A stretch of DNA of 64,000 nucleotides from Candidatus Obscuribacterales bacterium (GCA_965228855.1 CBDDIJ010000003.1:3648001-3712000), one strand, 5' to 3'. Counted from the first letter of the stretch, positions 38,500 through 47,929 are shown. Program-made: numbers and translations. The notes: a model not told the origin generated them from the sequence alone.

Positions 38500-38812
38500 C
38501 GAGTCGGCGTTTTTTTGCAACGCATCCGATGAGATGTTTGAGAAACGACGAAAAGACAAATCGTGGGTCGCCGGTAATTAATACCGGTCAAGATACCACC
38601 CAGAATTGGAGTACACACAGATGAGATTGAACGATAAGCCACGCTCAGACCAACATTGATTCTGCCTCCACAGGTTAGAACTAACAGGTGAGATAAGCGA
38701 GTTCTCACTTCTTGCAGTTTTCGTTGTATTAGCGAAGAGTAAGAGCACCTGGAGGCAGTTCCGAGGCGGATGTCCGTCGGTCCCTCCTTAAATTCAGGCT
38801 CTTACTCTTTTT
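38500..38812 (+). ncRNA. Candidate structured sRNA or attenuator leader of about 310 nt
   Basis: Bounded by the promoter above and a 12-bp stem plus T run; several internal hairpins; no long ORF. Confidence 0.45.
38735..38812 (+). terminator. Long terminator-like hairpin upstream of the ABC exporter
   Basis: AAGAGTAAGAGC (38735-38746) pairs perfectly with GCTCTTACTCTT (38798-38809) and ends in a 5-T run; the interior is structured. Confidence 0.55.
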
Positions 38813-38861
38813 GCCGTCCAGGCATGCCATTACACACGAACAGAAGCTAGAGGTGTTTCTC

Positions 38862-39614
38862 ATGTTCAACAGAATCGTTGAAGTCACAGGATTAAGAAAA
38901 CAATTCGGCCCGTCCGAGGCCGTTAAAAACGTCACGTTCCATGCCGACAGAGGCGAAATCGTCGGATTGCTCGGTGCCAACGGCGCCGGAAAAACCACAA
39001 CGATTCACATGTTGCTTGGTCTGACGAAACCAACAGCGGGAACCGTCCGCGTGTTCGGGCAAAACATCGAGACGCACAGAACAGAGATTCTGCAACGAGT
39101 CAACTTCGCGTCGTCGTATGTGCACTTGCCGTACAACCTCAAGGTCTCCGAAAACCTGACTGTGTTCGCCAAAATATACGGCGTCCGCAATCCGAAACCG
39201 AAGATCGACGGGTTGTTGGAGGACTTCGAGATAGCTCACTTGAGAAATTCGACATCGGGAAGATTGTCGTCCGGTGAGCAAACTCGACTCAACCTCTGCA
39301 AAGCTCTGTTGAATGACCCGGAAGTCCTGGTTCTCGACGAGCCCACGGCAAGCCTCGATCCGGACCTTGCCGACAAGGTGAGAAAGGTACTCCAGCGCTA
39401 CAACAACGAGACTGGATGCACGTTGATAACGACGTCGCACAACATGCTCGATGTCGGCGAATTGTGCAACCGAATTGTATTTATGCGAAGCGGTGAAGTC
39501 GTTGAGGAAGGCTCTTCCCAGGACATTCTCCGGAAGTACGAAAGCGACTCACTGGAAGATGTGTTTATCGCGATCGCACGTAACAAAACTCTCGAAAAGG
39601 TGGGTGTATCATGA
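38862..39614 (+). CDS. ABC-2 exporter ATP-binding subunit
   Basis: Walker A GANGAGKTT, signature LSSGE, Walker B VLVLDEPT, H-loop TSH. ATG 38862 follows GAGGTG. Confidence 0.93.
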   Translation: MFNRIVEVTGLRKQFGPSEAVKNVTFHADRGEIVGLLGANGAGKTTTIHMLLGLTKPTAGTVRVFGQNIETHRTEILQRVNFASSYVHLPYNLKVSENLTVFAKIYGVRNPKPKIDGLLEDFEIAHLRNSTSGRLSSGEQTRLNLCKALLNDPEVLVLDEPTASLDPDLADKVRKVLQRYNNETGCTLITTSHNMLDVGELCNRIVFMRSGEVVEEGSSQDILRKYESDSLEDVFIAIARNKTLEKVGVS

Positions 39615-40405
39615 AGTGGAATAGAATCAACGCGCTCGTCTTGAAGTACGCGTATATCTGTTCGCGTAACGCTTTCCGAGCAATGGACGTCTGTTTCTGG
39701 CCGGTGGTTGATCTATTGGTCTGGGGATTCGTGACCCTCTATTTGCTCAAAGTCAGTGGTGCAGTGCCGGCTATGATTACATTCTTGGTCGGCGCGGTCA
39801 TCCTGTGGAACGTGTTCTACCGCGCACAGCAAGTCGTATGTTTGTCCTTCATGGAGGACCTGTGGTCGCGCAACTTGTTGAATATTTTCACCTCTCCGGT
39901 GAAAGTCAGTGAGTTCATCACGGCGTCTTACATATTGGGTCTAGCACAGGCTTTGATAGTTGTTTTGATACTGTCAGTAATGGCAATGTTCATGTACAAC
40001 TTCAACATCATGACGATGGGTCTCGATTTGGGTATGCTCTTTGCCAACCTGATGCTAATGGGCTGGGCAATGGGATTGGTCGCAACATCGCTGATCATTC
40101 GTTACGGTCCGCAAGCGGAAGTGCTGGCATGGGCGATACCATTCCTGGTGCAGCCACTATGTGCGGTGTTCTACCCAATAAGCGTTCTACCGGCATGGCT
40201 TCAGCCTCTTGCCCGATGCGTACCGGCGTCATATGTGTTTGAAGGCATGCGTGCGTCCCTGGCAGGCTCGCACGACCTGGTTGCAAATTATGCGATCACC
40301 GCCTTCGCACTAAACGTCCTCTACCTGGCCGGAGCAGGCTTGCTGTTCAAATTTATGTTTGAACAAGCACGCGAAAAAGGTTTGCTGGCCAAGTACTGCG
40401 CATAG
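39611..40405 (+). CDS. ABC-2 type permease
   Basis: About six TM segments; VFYPISVLPAWLQ and PASYVFEGMR; ATGA overlap with the ATPase gene. Confidence 0.92.
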   Translation: MKWNRINALVLKYAYICSRNAFRAMDVCFWPVVDLLVWGFVTLYLLKVSGAVPAMITFLVGAVILWNVFYRAQQVVCLSFMEDLWSRNLLNIFTSPVKVSEFITASYILGLAQALIVVLILSVMAMFMYNFNIMTMGLDLGMLFANLMLMGWAMGLVATSLIIRYGPQAEVLAWAIPFLVQPLCAVFYPISVLPAWLQPLARCVPASYVFEGMRASLAGSHDLVANYAITAFALNVLYLAGAGLLFKFMFEQAREKGLLAKYCA

Positions 40406-40450
40406 TGCGGCGAAAGGGTGAAGGTCGGAAGGTCTAACGCCTCGCATCGT

Positions 40451-40495
40451 TTTCCAGCCGGGCATCGAATGCAATTTTTTGATGCCCGGCGGAAA
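40451..40495. terminator. Stem-loop after the ABC operon
   Basis: GCCGGGCATC (40457-40466) pairs with GATGCCCGGC (40481-40490), flanked by TTTCC/GGAAA; no clear U tail. Confidence 0.45.
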
Positions 40496-40585
40496 CATTC
40501 GATACGCACCAGGAGCAATGACAGGCGGTGGGGAAGATTTGCCCGGACTCTGGCATAATTGGATTGTCGGGTTCAGGCGAAGGCT

Positions 40586-41482
40586 ATGAAAAAAGCAACT
40601 CTTGCCCTTTCACTTATATTTCTCATCGCGACTCAAGCGGCACCAGTGGCAGCAGCGGGCGACGATTGGGTAGAAGACGACCACGTCTCCGGCTTCTACA
40701 AGAAAGGAATAATTAGAACTCCTGACGATTATGAAACCCAGCCACAGGACATGCAGCCTGGCGACATGTCACCAGGGGACGGGGATTCTCAATATCAAAT
40801 GCCTGGTCAGTCAGGCAGTTTTGGCAATCCCCAATTTTCCCGCATGCCTCAGCAAAATCGCGCTCCCCAGAGTCCACCCCCGCAGCCGCAGGAAAAGGGT
40901 TTCTTCGGGAAAGCGAAATCGCTTGGCAAATCAATTATTAACACTCCCAAGAATCTTATTAATGGAACAGAGGACGCGCTGGACAACCCAGGTCTCTGGC
41001 AAAGCGCCGGAGCGGTCGCAGGCATGGGCGCCAGCGCGTACATGAATATGCGGCGCGGTCCTTACTATGGAGGATACAATCCGTACGGTCTCGGATACGG
41101 AAGCCCATACGGTTCAGTAAATCCCTTTGGTGGATTCGGATACAACCCATACGGCTCACCTTACGGCGGCGTCTTAGGAAACCCATACGGCGGAATTTAT
41201 GGAAATCCCTACGGTGGAATCTACGGAAATCCATATGGAGGACTGGTCGGCGGCGCCGCCCCTTACGGCAGCCCCAGCAATCCTTACAGTCCGTTCAACG
41301 TGAATCCATACACCGGCTACAGCGGTCTGGGCGGCATCAACAATGTTAATCCATACGGTATGATGACACCCTTCGGTTATGGCGGTCTCGGCGGCGTTGG
41401 CGGTCTTGGCGGCTTTGGCGGACTCGGTGGCTTCAGAGGACTGGGAGGCGCGAGCGTGGGTGGCGCGAAGGTCGGAAACTAA
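40586..41482 (+). CDS. Secreted Gly/Tyr/Pro/Asn-rich low-complexity protein
   Basis: Signal peptide MKKATLALSLIFLIA; many [NS]P[YF]G units and a GG[LVF] tail. Confidence 0.75.
   Translation: MKKATLALSLIFLIATQAAPVAAAGDDWVEDDHVSGFYKKGIIRTPDDYETQPQDMQPGDMSPGDGDSQYQMPGQSGSFGNPQFSRMPQQNRAPQSPPPQPQEKGFFGKAKSLGKSIINTPKNLINGTEDALDNPGLWQSAGAVAGMGASAYMNMRRGPYYGGYNPYGLGYGSPYGSVNPFGGFGYNPYGSPYGGVLGNPYGGIYGNPYGGIYGNPYGGLVGGAAPYGSPSNPYSPFNVNPYTGYSGLGGINNVNPYGMMTPFGYGGLGGVGGLGGFGGLGGFRGLGGASVGGAKVGN
41177..41242 (+). repeat. Coding tandem repeat, three 24-nt units (GNPYGGIY)
   Basis: Units start at 41177, 41201 and 41225 and differ at synonymous third positions. Confidence 0.8.
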
Positions 41483-41575
41483 TTGCACCGAATGCGACAC
41501 CATGTTAGTCAGAACTTTTCGCTGGCGATTTGACCATTAACGCTGTATTATTGTCGCGACATTTCCGGAGGTTGT

Positions 41576-42382
41576 ATGTTGTCGACAAAATCATGGACGG
41601 TCAGTCTTGTAAAGTGTGCGATTACATTGAGCCTTCTTGCATGCGCCTCCGGTTGCACTCCTGCAGATGAAAACGCGACGAAAAAAACGCCGGCAACAAA
41701 AACGTCGGACAGCTCACAAACTCAAAGCGCACAAGACGCAGACAAACAGACAACTCTGTTGAGCAGAATTGTGATCAATCCACCAGCGTTCAACCACCCG
41801 GCAGTCAGTGAAGCGACAATAATTGCAGCGAAAAACGCTATCAACAATCTTCCTGAAACTCTCAGAAAGAAGCTCGACGAGAGTAACGCGAGGCTGATCA
41901 TTGCGCCAAACATGATCGATCGCTGGCCCGATTCGGTAAAAGACTTGCCTGAAAGCGATCCGGCACCCACGCTGGCCGAGCAGCCCGGTCGAATCTATGG
42001 TCAAGATATGTGCCTTTATGAGAGACCGAAAAAACGTGGCACCACGGATCTGGGCGATGCGCGCGCGCCGGTGTTTCTCCAGCTTCACGTCGGCGATATG
42101 TGTTTTCAGGTACTGGATGATATGGACGGTGCAATGAAGATTTCAAAGGATCCAGCGCTGAGAAAAGCGTGGGAAGAGGATAAGAAAAACATTCCCAAAG
42201 ATGCGCAACCGAAAGTCGCTAACTTTATGAAACTCGACGATTGGGGACCGCGTGAAACCTGCGCAGAACTGTTCGGCTCAATGATGGGTGGGCGAAATGA
42301 AAATACTGAACATTTGTACAAGTACTTTCCCCGAGTCAAACAGTGGTTGATTAATCAGTTGGGTATTACAAAACAGCTTTAG
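41576..42382 (+). CDS. Lipoprotein with a degenerate zincin-like (anthrax LF/PPEP-like) domain
   Basis: Lipobox ASGC; ISKDPALRKAWEED and RETCAELF resemble the family, but HExxH is absent (LHVGDMCFQVLD). Confidence 0.55.
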   Translation: MLSTKSWTVSLVKCAITLSLLACASGCTPADENATKKTPATKTSDSSQTQSAQDADKQTTLLSRIVINPPAFNHPAVSEATIIAAKNAINNLPETLRKKLDESNARLIIAPNMIDRWPDSVKDLPESDPAPTLAEQPGRIYGQDMCLYERPKKRGTTDLGDARAPVFLQLHVGDMCFQVLDDMDGAMKISKDPALRKAWEEDKKNIPKDAQPKVANFMKLDDWGPRETCAELFGSMMGGRNENTEHLYKYFPRVKQWLINQLGITKQL

Positions 42383-44304
42383 TTGCCCATCATTTCGATT
42401 ATCGGCGAAACATCATTCATCTTGGTGTTCAACGTACTGAGGCATTGAAGCTCGCATCCTCGCGAGCTTAAGCTTTTCCGTAACTCCTCGTAGTCTGACT
42501 GTTTGAGTGTAGAAATCTCGGATACAACCAGATGTTTCAGCTTCCTCATTTTCGGCAGCTCGCTCACATACTTGCGATCGAAGACGCAATGATTCAAGTT
42601 CAAAAGCCTGAGCTTAGAGCCTATCAAAGCATCCATCGCCCTATCATTCAAATCGAGTTCCGCCACTTCCAGATCGAGTAAATTCTCAGCCCTGGTCAAC
42701 TGAATAATTGATCGATCAGAGATCGATGTGCGCCCTAAATTAAGATGGCGGATGTTCGGCCATTGTCGCAAAATAGTTTCAACGCCCTCATCCGTAATTT
42801 GAGTCATCTGATCGAGATCCAGGTACACAAGGTCTTTCAGTGGCGCGAGGGCGCGTAAGCCCTTGTCTGTAATATGAGTACTCTCCAATTTAAGCGCTGT
42901 CAATTTTTTCATTTTCGCCAGAATTGGCGCAGCCGAATCGTCCAGCTTTGTTCTCGAAACATCCAGCTCGGTGAGCGGAAGTTGCGCCAGCTTTTCCAGA
43001 CCCGCATTGGTCACCGCCGTTGAACGCATGGAAACATCAGGCACATCTTCCGAAAGAATCAGATCGATATCATCATCGGTTGCATCCGGAGTGGCTCGCC
43101 ATTGCAAATGCTTGTCCGCGCTTGGCTCGATGGTCCACTTGCCGTCATAGCTTTTGGTGGCGGCACTAGGCATGGCAATAGCACTTGTTTTCATATCAGC
43201 TGGCTTCTTCAAATTCATCCAGAACGTCAAGCCCGCGAGCACGACTCCGACAATCGCTATCGCTGCAATCACCGCAACGGTGCGTCTGCCGATGAAACTC
43301 TTGCGAGCAGACTCCCCGGATTTTCGTTCATTTCCTCCAGATTTTGGCGACGGTTCTGCTTTTCGTTTTAAAACTTGCCGCAGTACGTCGGCAACCTCCG
43401 TCATTGAAGAAGGCCGTTCCATAGGGTCTTTAGCCAGACACTTATCTATCAGTGCGTGCAGCTCCGATGGTAAAACAGGATCGACAATCAAGGGAGGCAA
43501 GTCGTTCAAATGCTGACTGTACGTCTCTAGATGAGTCTCACCTTCAAAGGGCGCCATGCCGCTAAGCATCCGAAACAGGATACACCCAAGCGAATAAATA
43601 TCAGTGCGTTGGTCGACGTTGTCGCCTCGAATTTGCTCGGGACTCATGTAAAACGGGCTACCCATGAGCTCTCCCGTACGCCCTTTACTGTCGCCCTGCC
43701 TTTTGCGTTCCAAAGCTACTCGTGGTGGCATTGCCGCAAGATTCGTGCGAGATGCTGTCGGACGCTCACCGACATCATCATTACTGCTTAGCTTCGCGAT
43801 ACCAAAATCTACAACTTTAACCCGCGCATCAGCCTCCGGGTGCTCGAGCAGAAGAATGTTGCTTGGCTTCAAATCCCGATGGATCACGCCGTTCTGATGT
43901 GCGAACGCCATGCCTCGGCAAACCTCGAGAATAATCTTAATCGTTTGTTCAATCGACAAACAGTCACGCTCCTGAAGCAACTCTTCCAGAGACTGCCCCT
44001 CGACAAAGTCCATCACAAGATAAGGTCTGCTGTTTCCGGCCAAACCGAAATCAAGCACCGTAATCAAGTTAGGATGTTGAAGCTTACTAGCTGCTCGCGC
44101 CTCGTGCTGGAATCGCAGCACCATATCCGGTGTCATTCGAGAAACCGACATGGTTTTAATCGCAACAGTTCTGAGCAGATTCGAATCTTCTGCTTTGTAG
44201 ACCACGGCGGTGCCGCCCTCGCCGATTCGAACGAAATTTTTGTATCGCTCGCTCAGATGCATGAAAACATCCGAATCGAATTTATTGTCGGCAGTGGGTA
44301 TCAA
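42379..44304 (-). CDS. Hanks-type Ser/Thr kinase - TM helix - leucine-rich repeats
   Basis: GEGGTAVVY, VAIK, HRDLKPSN, DFG, YMSPE; TM VAVIAAIAIVGVVLAGLTFW; LRRs such as LTALKLESTHITDKGL. Confidence 0.93.
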   Translation of the reverse strand: MIPTADNKFDSDVFMHLSERYKNFVRIGEGGTAVVYKAEDSNLLRTVAIKTMSVSRMTPDMVLRFQHEARAASKLQHPNLITVLDFGLAGNSRPYLVMDFVEGQSLEELLQERDCLSIEQTIKIILEVCRGMAFAHQNGVIHRDLKPSNILLLEHPEADARVKVVDFGIAKLSSNDDVGERPTASRTNLAAMPPRVALERKRQGDSKGRTGELMGSPFYMSPEQIRGDNVDQRTDIYSLGCILFRMLSGMAPFEGETHLETYSQHLNDLPPLIVDPVLPSELHALIDKCLAKDPMERPSSMTEVADVLRQVLKRKAEPSPKSGGNERKSGESARKSFIGRRTVAVIAAIAIVGVVLAGLTFWMNLKKPADMKTSAIAMPSAATKSYDGKWTIEPSADKHLQWRATPDATDDDIDLILSEDVPDVSMRSTAVTNAGLEKLAQLPLTELDVSRTKLDDSAAPILAKMKKLTALKLESTHITDKGLRALAPLKDLVYLDLDQMTQITDEGVETILRQWPNIRHLNLGRTSISDRSIIQLTRAENLLDLEVAELDLNDRAMDALIGSKLRLLNLNHCVFDRKYVSELPKMRKLKHLVVSEISTLKQSDYEELRKSLSSRGCELQCLSTLNTKMNDVSPIIEMMGN

Positions 44305-44433
44305 GTCCGTTAAGATTCCGGTTGAAAGTGAAACAGCAGTGAACGTAGAGCGCTGCTCGGTGAACGCAAGCGAACATCAAGGCGCGAAATGAGTAACTAC
44401 TATATACCGCTTCGGCGAAAAACTCGCACATCT

Positions 44434-45330
44434 TTATTTTTGAGATTTGGCTGCTGTTTCGGCGGTGGTCTTAACAGTCGGCCGCTGTTTTAGATTGACG
44501 CGACATTCACGGTTTTTAAGCGTGCGAGCGCGAAGTGCGACGGCATTAGACAAATTCTTGTCGCCCGTTTTATGGAGGAAATTAGAGTAGAGCCCCAGAA
44601 CATCGTAATCTTCGAACACAGGTTGGGACTGAGCGTTTTTATCGCGGGCGGCGGTCATCAGCTTTTTGGCCTCGTCATAAAACACACGAGCTCTCGAAGC
44701 TTCCGCGGCACGCCGGTCTACATCGGCGACTACATGCATCACTCCCCAGACTCCGCCGAATAATACAAGACCGAACAGTCCAAGAAACAAGAGGCTGAAC
44801 AGCGCGGCGCCAGCCTGCCTGACGCCGTCATCCTGGTTTTCATACTTCTTCTTTCCGACCCATTGAATAGTCTGCTCCACAACTTTGGGTCGCTGCGGAC
44901 CGTATCTCATCAAAAACAACACTAACCCGGCCGCCAGCAGCATAATAACAATCAGGAAAACAATGTCGTTGCCGGTGATACTGCCAGCTTGGTTACGTTG
45001 CTCTTCCTGCCAGGCTTTCGCGGCGAGGACGGTTGCAAGAGCAGTCTGGGCGCGTCTCTTTCGAAAAGCCAGGTCCGGCTTCAGCTCTGGCTCAGCCATA
45101 CGAGGGTCGCTGGAATCTGCAAACTGCGCCATTTCGCGTCTAGCGCTAGTCTCGGCGGCAGCCAGGTCGCCTTTCGCCATGGCCTCCATGACAGGGTCAT
45201 GAATCTCGCCGCGAGCCAGTTCCTGAGCGGAGAGGGGCTCATATTGCCAGACGCAAATCAGGAGTGCGATAAGCAATCCGATCACAAGTCGGAGAATATG
45301 ATTGGCAGGCGTTTTATGTTTTTCGCACAT
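44434..45330 (-). CDS. Hypothetical membrane protein
   Basis: Signal-like segment plus two TM helices; 298 aa. Confidence 0.65.
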   Translation of the reverse strand: MCEKHKTPANHILRLVIGLLIALLICVWQYEPLSAQELARGEIHDPVMEAMAKGDLAAAETSARREMAQFADSSDPRMAEPELKPDLAFRKRRAQTALATVLAAKAWQEEQRNQAGSITGNDIVFLIVIMLLAAGLVLFLMRYGPQRPKVVEQTIQWVGKKKYENQDDGVRQAGAALFSLLFLGLFGLVLFGGVWGVMHVVADVDRRAAEASRARVFYDEAKKLMTAARDKNAQSQPVFEDYDVLGLYSNFLHKTGDKNLSNAVALRARTLKNRECRVNLKQRPTVKTTAETAAKSQK

Positions 45331-45413
45331 ATTGCCAATCGTACAACAAAAGAAAAATGTTTCGACCTCAAAAGTTCGCGCATGATCAGATAAATACTGG
45401 GCATAAACATTTT

Positions 45414-45995
45414 ATGGAACTGCTGTTGATTGCGATCATTATCTCGGCAATGCTGGTCTTCTATCCGATCCGGGTTAGGCCACGGGCAGACCTGATCTCG
45501 CCGACTCCTGTGTCAGCGCGGTTCAACAAGCGGTTCGACACTCCCTTTTTTCAAGACCCGGCGTCAATTCCTCGATTCTATGACCACACCATACGCAAAA
45601 GTGACGGCGGATGCTCGATTTGCGACGCCGCCCCCTGCTCGCTATGCGGTTCTACGGATTGCGGAAATGAGTTATACATTTGCTCTCTCTGCAGCGGACA
45701 GGAGGAAGACCAGTGCCCGTACTGCAGCCCATTGACTCCAAACAGCAGCGACTTTTCGCGATTTAGGCTCGGTGAAGGCACCGACTCTATGTTTGGAAAC
45801 AATGATGCTTTCCTGTCAGACGACTTTGACACCGGTCTCTACAACCACGAAGACCAACTCATGGCGAGCAGCACTTTCTCAGACCTCAAGGTCGGGAAGG
45901 GAGAGCCCGTCACAGAAGTATTCTTCTATGAGGGTAAGCGCTTTGTCGCGGCGACCTATAGCGACACAATTGTGATCCGACCGGCGGATCTGTAA
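45414..45995 (+). CDS. Membrane-anchored hypothetical protein with a 9-Cys cluster
   Basis: N-terminal TM helix; CSICDAAPCSLCGSTDCGNELYICSLCSGQEEDQCPYC. Confidence 0.6.
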   Translation: MELLLIAIIISAMLVFYPIRVRPRADLISPTPVSARFNKRFDTPFFQDPASIPRFYDHTIRKSDGGCSICDAAPCSLCGSTDCGNELYICSLCSGQEEDQCPYCSPLTPNSSDFSRFRLGEGTDSMFGNNDAFLSDDFDTGLYNHEDQLMASSTFSDLKVGKGEPVTEVFFYEGKRFVAATYSDTIVIRPADL

Positions 45996-46058
45996 CAGTA
46001 GTTTCAAACATGGCAAAATATATGGGATCGAGATAGGTTTCGATTTCAAAGGTATTCT

Positions 46059-47132
46059 ATGAAGAACGCGATTGATTTGAGAAGCGACACAGTTACGCTG
46101 CCGCCAGCCGAGATGCGCAAAGCAATGCATGAAGCTGAGCTGGGTGATGACGTATATGGAGAAGATCCGACGGTAAACCGTTTGCAGGAGCTCGCAGCGG
46201 AGCGCCTCGGGAAAGAAGCTGCTCTATTCGTACCTACCGGCACCATGGGCAATTTGATCTCGGTGATCACTCACGTCGGGCGTGGCGAAGAAGCTCTGCT
46301 TGGCTGGGAGTCGCATATCTTCGTGCACGAGCGCGGTGGCGCAGCCACTCTCGGCAGTGTTTTCCTCAAGCCGATTCCGAATCAGCCGGATGGGACGTTG
46401 AAGCTGGAAGACATAGAGCTTGCGCTCTCGCCGGTCGACGACCACATGGCAAAGACCAGACTTGTTTGCCTTGAGAATGCTTTCAACGGTAGCGTGTTAA
46501 GCCCTGAATACACAGAACAATTTGTAGCGCTTGCGAAGAAACACAATCTCTCGACCCACCTGGATGGCGCGAGAATTTTCAACTCCGCCATCGCCAACAA
46601 TTGCGCCGTTCAAAAATTGACTGAAGGTATGGATTCAGTGCAGTTCTGCTTCTCCAAAGGATTGTCTGCGCCGGCCGGCTCAATGATCGTTGCCGGCAAG
46701 GAGTTTATCAATCAAGCTCGTCTCTGGAGAAAGGCTCTGGGTGGCGGCATGCGACAAGTCGGTGTCCTTGCGGCAGCTTGCAATTACGCGCTCGACAACA
46801 TGGTCGACCGTCTTGCCGAGGATCATGAAACCGCTAAAGTACTGGCAGAGAAACTGTCGCAATGCGAAGGTCTATCGATTAACTGGGATCTGCAAAAGTC
46901 GAATATGGTTTGGTTCAACGTTGAGCTAGAAGGAGTGTCGGCTCTAGAGTTCACTCAAGCCCTGGACAAAGAAGGATTGAAAGTGCTCGATTGCGGTCCA
47001 AAAGTAATTCGAGCGGTAACGCATTACGGTATAACAAAGGATGATGTGGACCAGGCGGCTCAAATAGTAAGCACCGTTCTGAAGACGCTAAAACCAGCCA
47101 CGAGCGCCAAAAGCCTTCAGACCACAAAATAG
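46059..47132 (+). CDS. ltaE: Low-specificity L-threonine aldolase
   Basis: Motifs IDLRSDTVT, GDDVYGEDPTV, PTGTMGN, HLDGARIFN, CFSKGLSAP.GS, GGGMRQVG. Confidence 0.95.
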   Translation: MKNAIDLRSDTVTLPPAEMRKAMHEAELGDDVYGEDPTVNRLQELAAERLGKEAALFVPTGTMGNLISVITHVGRGEEALLGWESHIFVHERGGAATLGSVFLKPIPNQPDGTLKLEDIELALSPVDDHMAKTRLVCLENAFNGSVLSPEYTEQFVALAKKHNLSTHLDGARIFNSAIANNCAVQKLTEGMDSVQFCFSKGLSAPAGSMIVAGKEFINQARLWRKALGGGMRQVGVLAAACNYALDNMVDRLAEDHETAKVLAEKLSQCEGLSINWDLQKSNMVWFNVELEGVSALEFTQALDKEGLKVLDCGPKVIRAVTHYGITKDDVDQAAQIVSTVLKTLKPATSAKSLQTTK

Positions 47133-47171
47133 TGATTTAACAACACGGAGAAAGTGTTGAAAACTGGAAAC

Positions 47172-47891
47172 ATGAGTAAGAAAAATGAAAAGCCGGAGCG
47201 TCCTCTGGTCAAAACAATCAATCCTAAAGCGCTGGCAAAACACCGAAAGCGCTTTCTGAAATTCTTTCCAAAGGGCTTCAAAGACCAGAGATACATGGAG
47301 TGGGAGCGCGATTACAAATGGGGCGCTCACGAGCTTTGGAACGAAAATTTAAACGAAAAGGATTTTAAAATCCTTCTTCGCAAACGCGAATACACTGACA
47401 TCGCAAAGAAAGCTTTGCAAGTAGAATCGCGAACGACTTTCCTCTTCTCATTTGAAAAGATGGCTCTCCGCGATGCTGTCAGTACCGCCGATGGTGCCAG
47501 CATTTTCGCAGAGGGAATCTATGAATTACTCTGGGGCAAAGGACCGGCGAAGGAGCGTTTTATCCAATGGATCATGGCGGTGGCAGAGCTCCCGCGCAAG
47601 AAGTCCCGGGTTCTATCATGGCCGGTTCTTACGCTCTTTCCCTACCTCGCACAACCTTCGAAATATATGATAATGAAACCGAATGCAATGCGATTTGCCG
47701 CGAAAGAACTTGGATACGAGTTAGAATATTCGTCGAAGCCAAATTGGAATTGTTATGCCGATTTAGTGCGTCTGGCCGATTTAGTCGGCGAGGGAATCGC
47801 TGATCTTAAGCCACGCGATTACCACGATCTGCAAACCTTCCTCTGGGTAATCGGCTCGCCGGAATACGATCGAATCGAAGAAGAGCTCTAG
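47172..47891 (+). CDS. Conserved hypothetical protein
   Basis: FLKFFPKGFKD..Y..WERDYK, FSFEKMALRDA, WPVLT, LKPRD..DLQTFLWV; function unknown. Confidence 0.75.
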   Translation: MSKKNEKPERPLVKTINPKALAKHRKRFLKFFPKGFKDQRYMEWERDYKWGAHELWNENLNEKDFKILLRKREYTDIAKKALQVESRTTFLFSFEKMALRDAVSTADGASIFAEGIYELLWGKGPAKERFIQWIMAVAELPRKKSRVLSWPVLTLFPYLAQPSKYMIMKPNAMRFAAKELGYELEYSSKPNWNCYADLVRLADLVGEGIADLKPRDYHDLQTFLWVIGSPEYDRIEEEL

Positions 47892-47929
47892 TTTAAAGAT
47901 TGACGGAATTGAAACTGTGGCCAAAACAG

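Noticed and set aside
41177..41460. Short periodic repeats as a CRISPR array or VNTR
   Set aside because: They are in-frame coding repeats with synonymous variation; there are no unique spacers and no cas genes.
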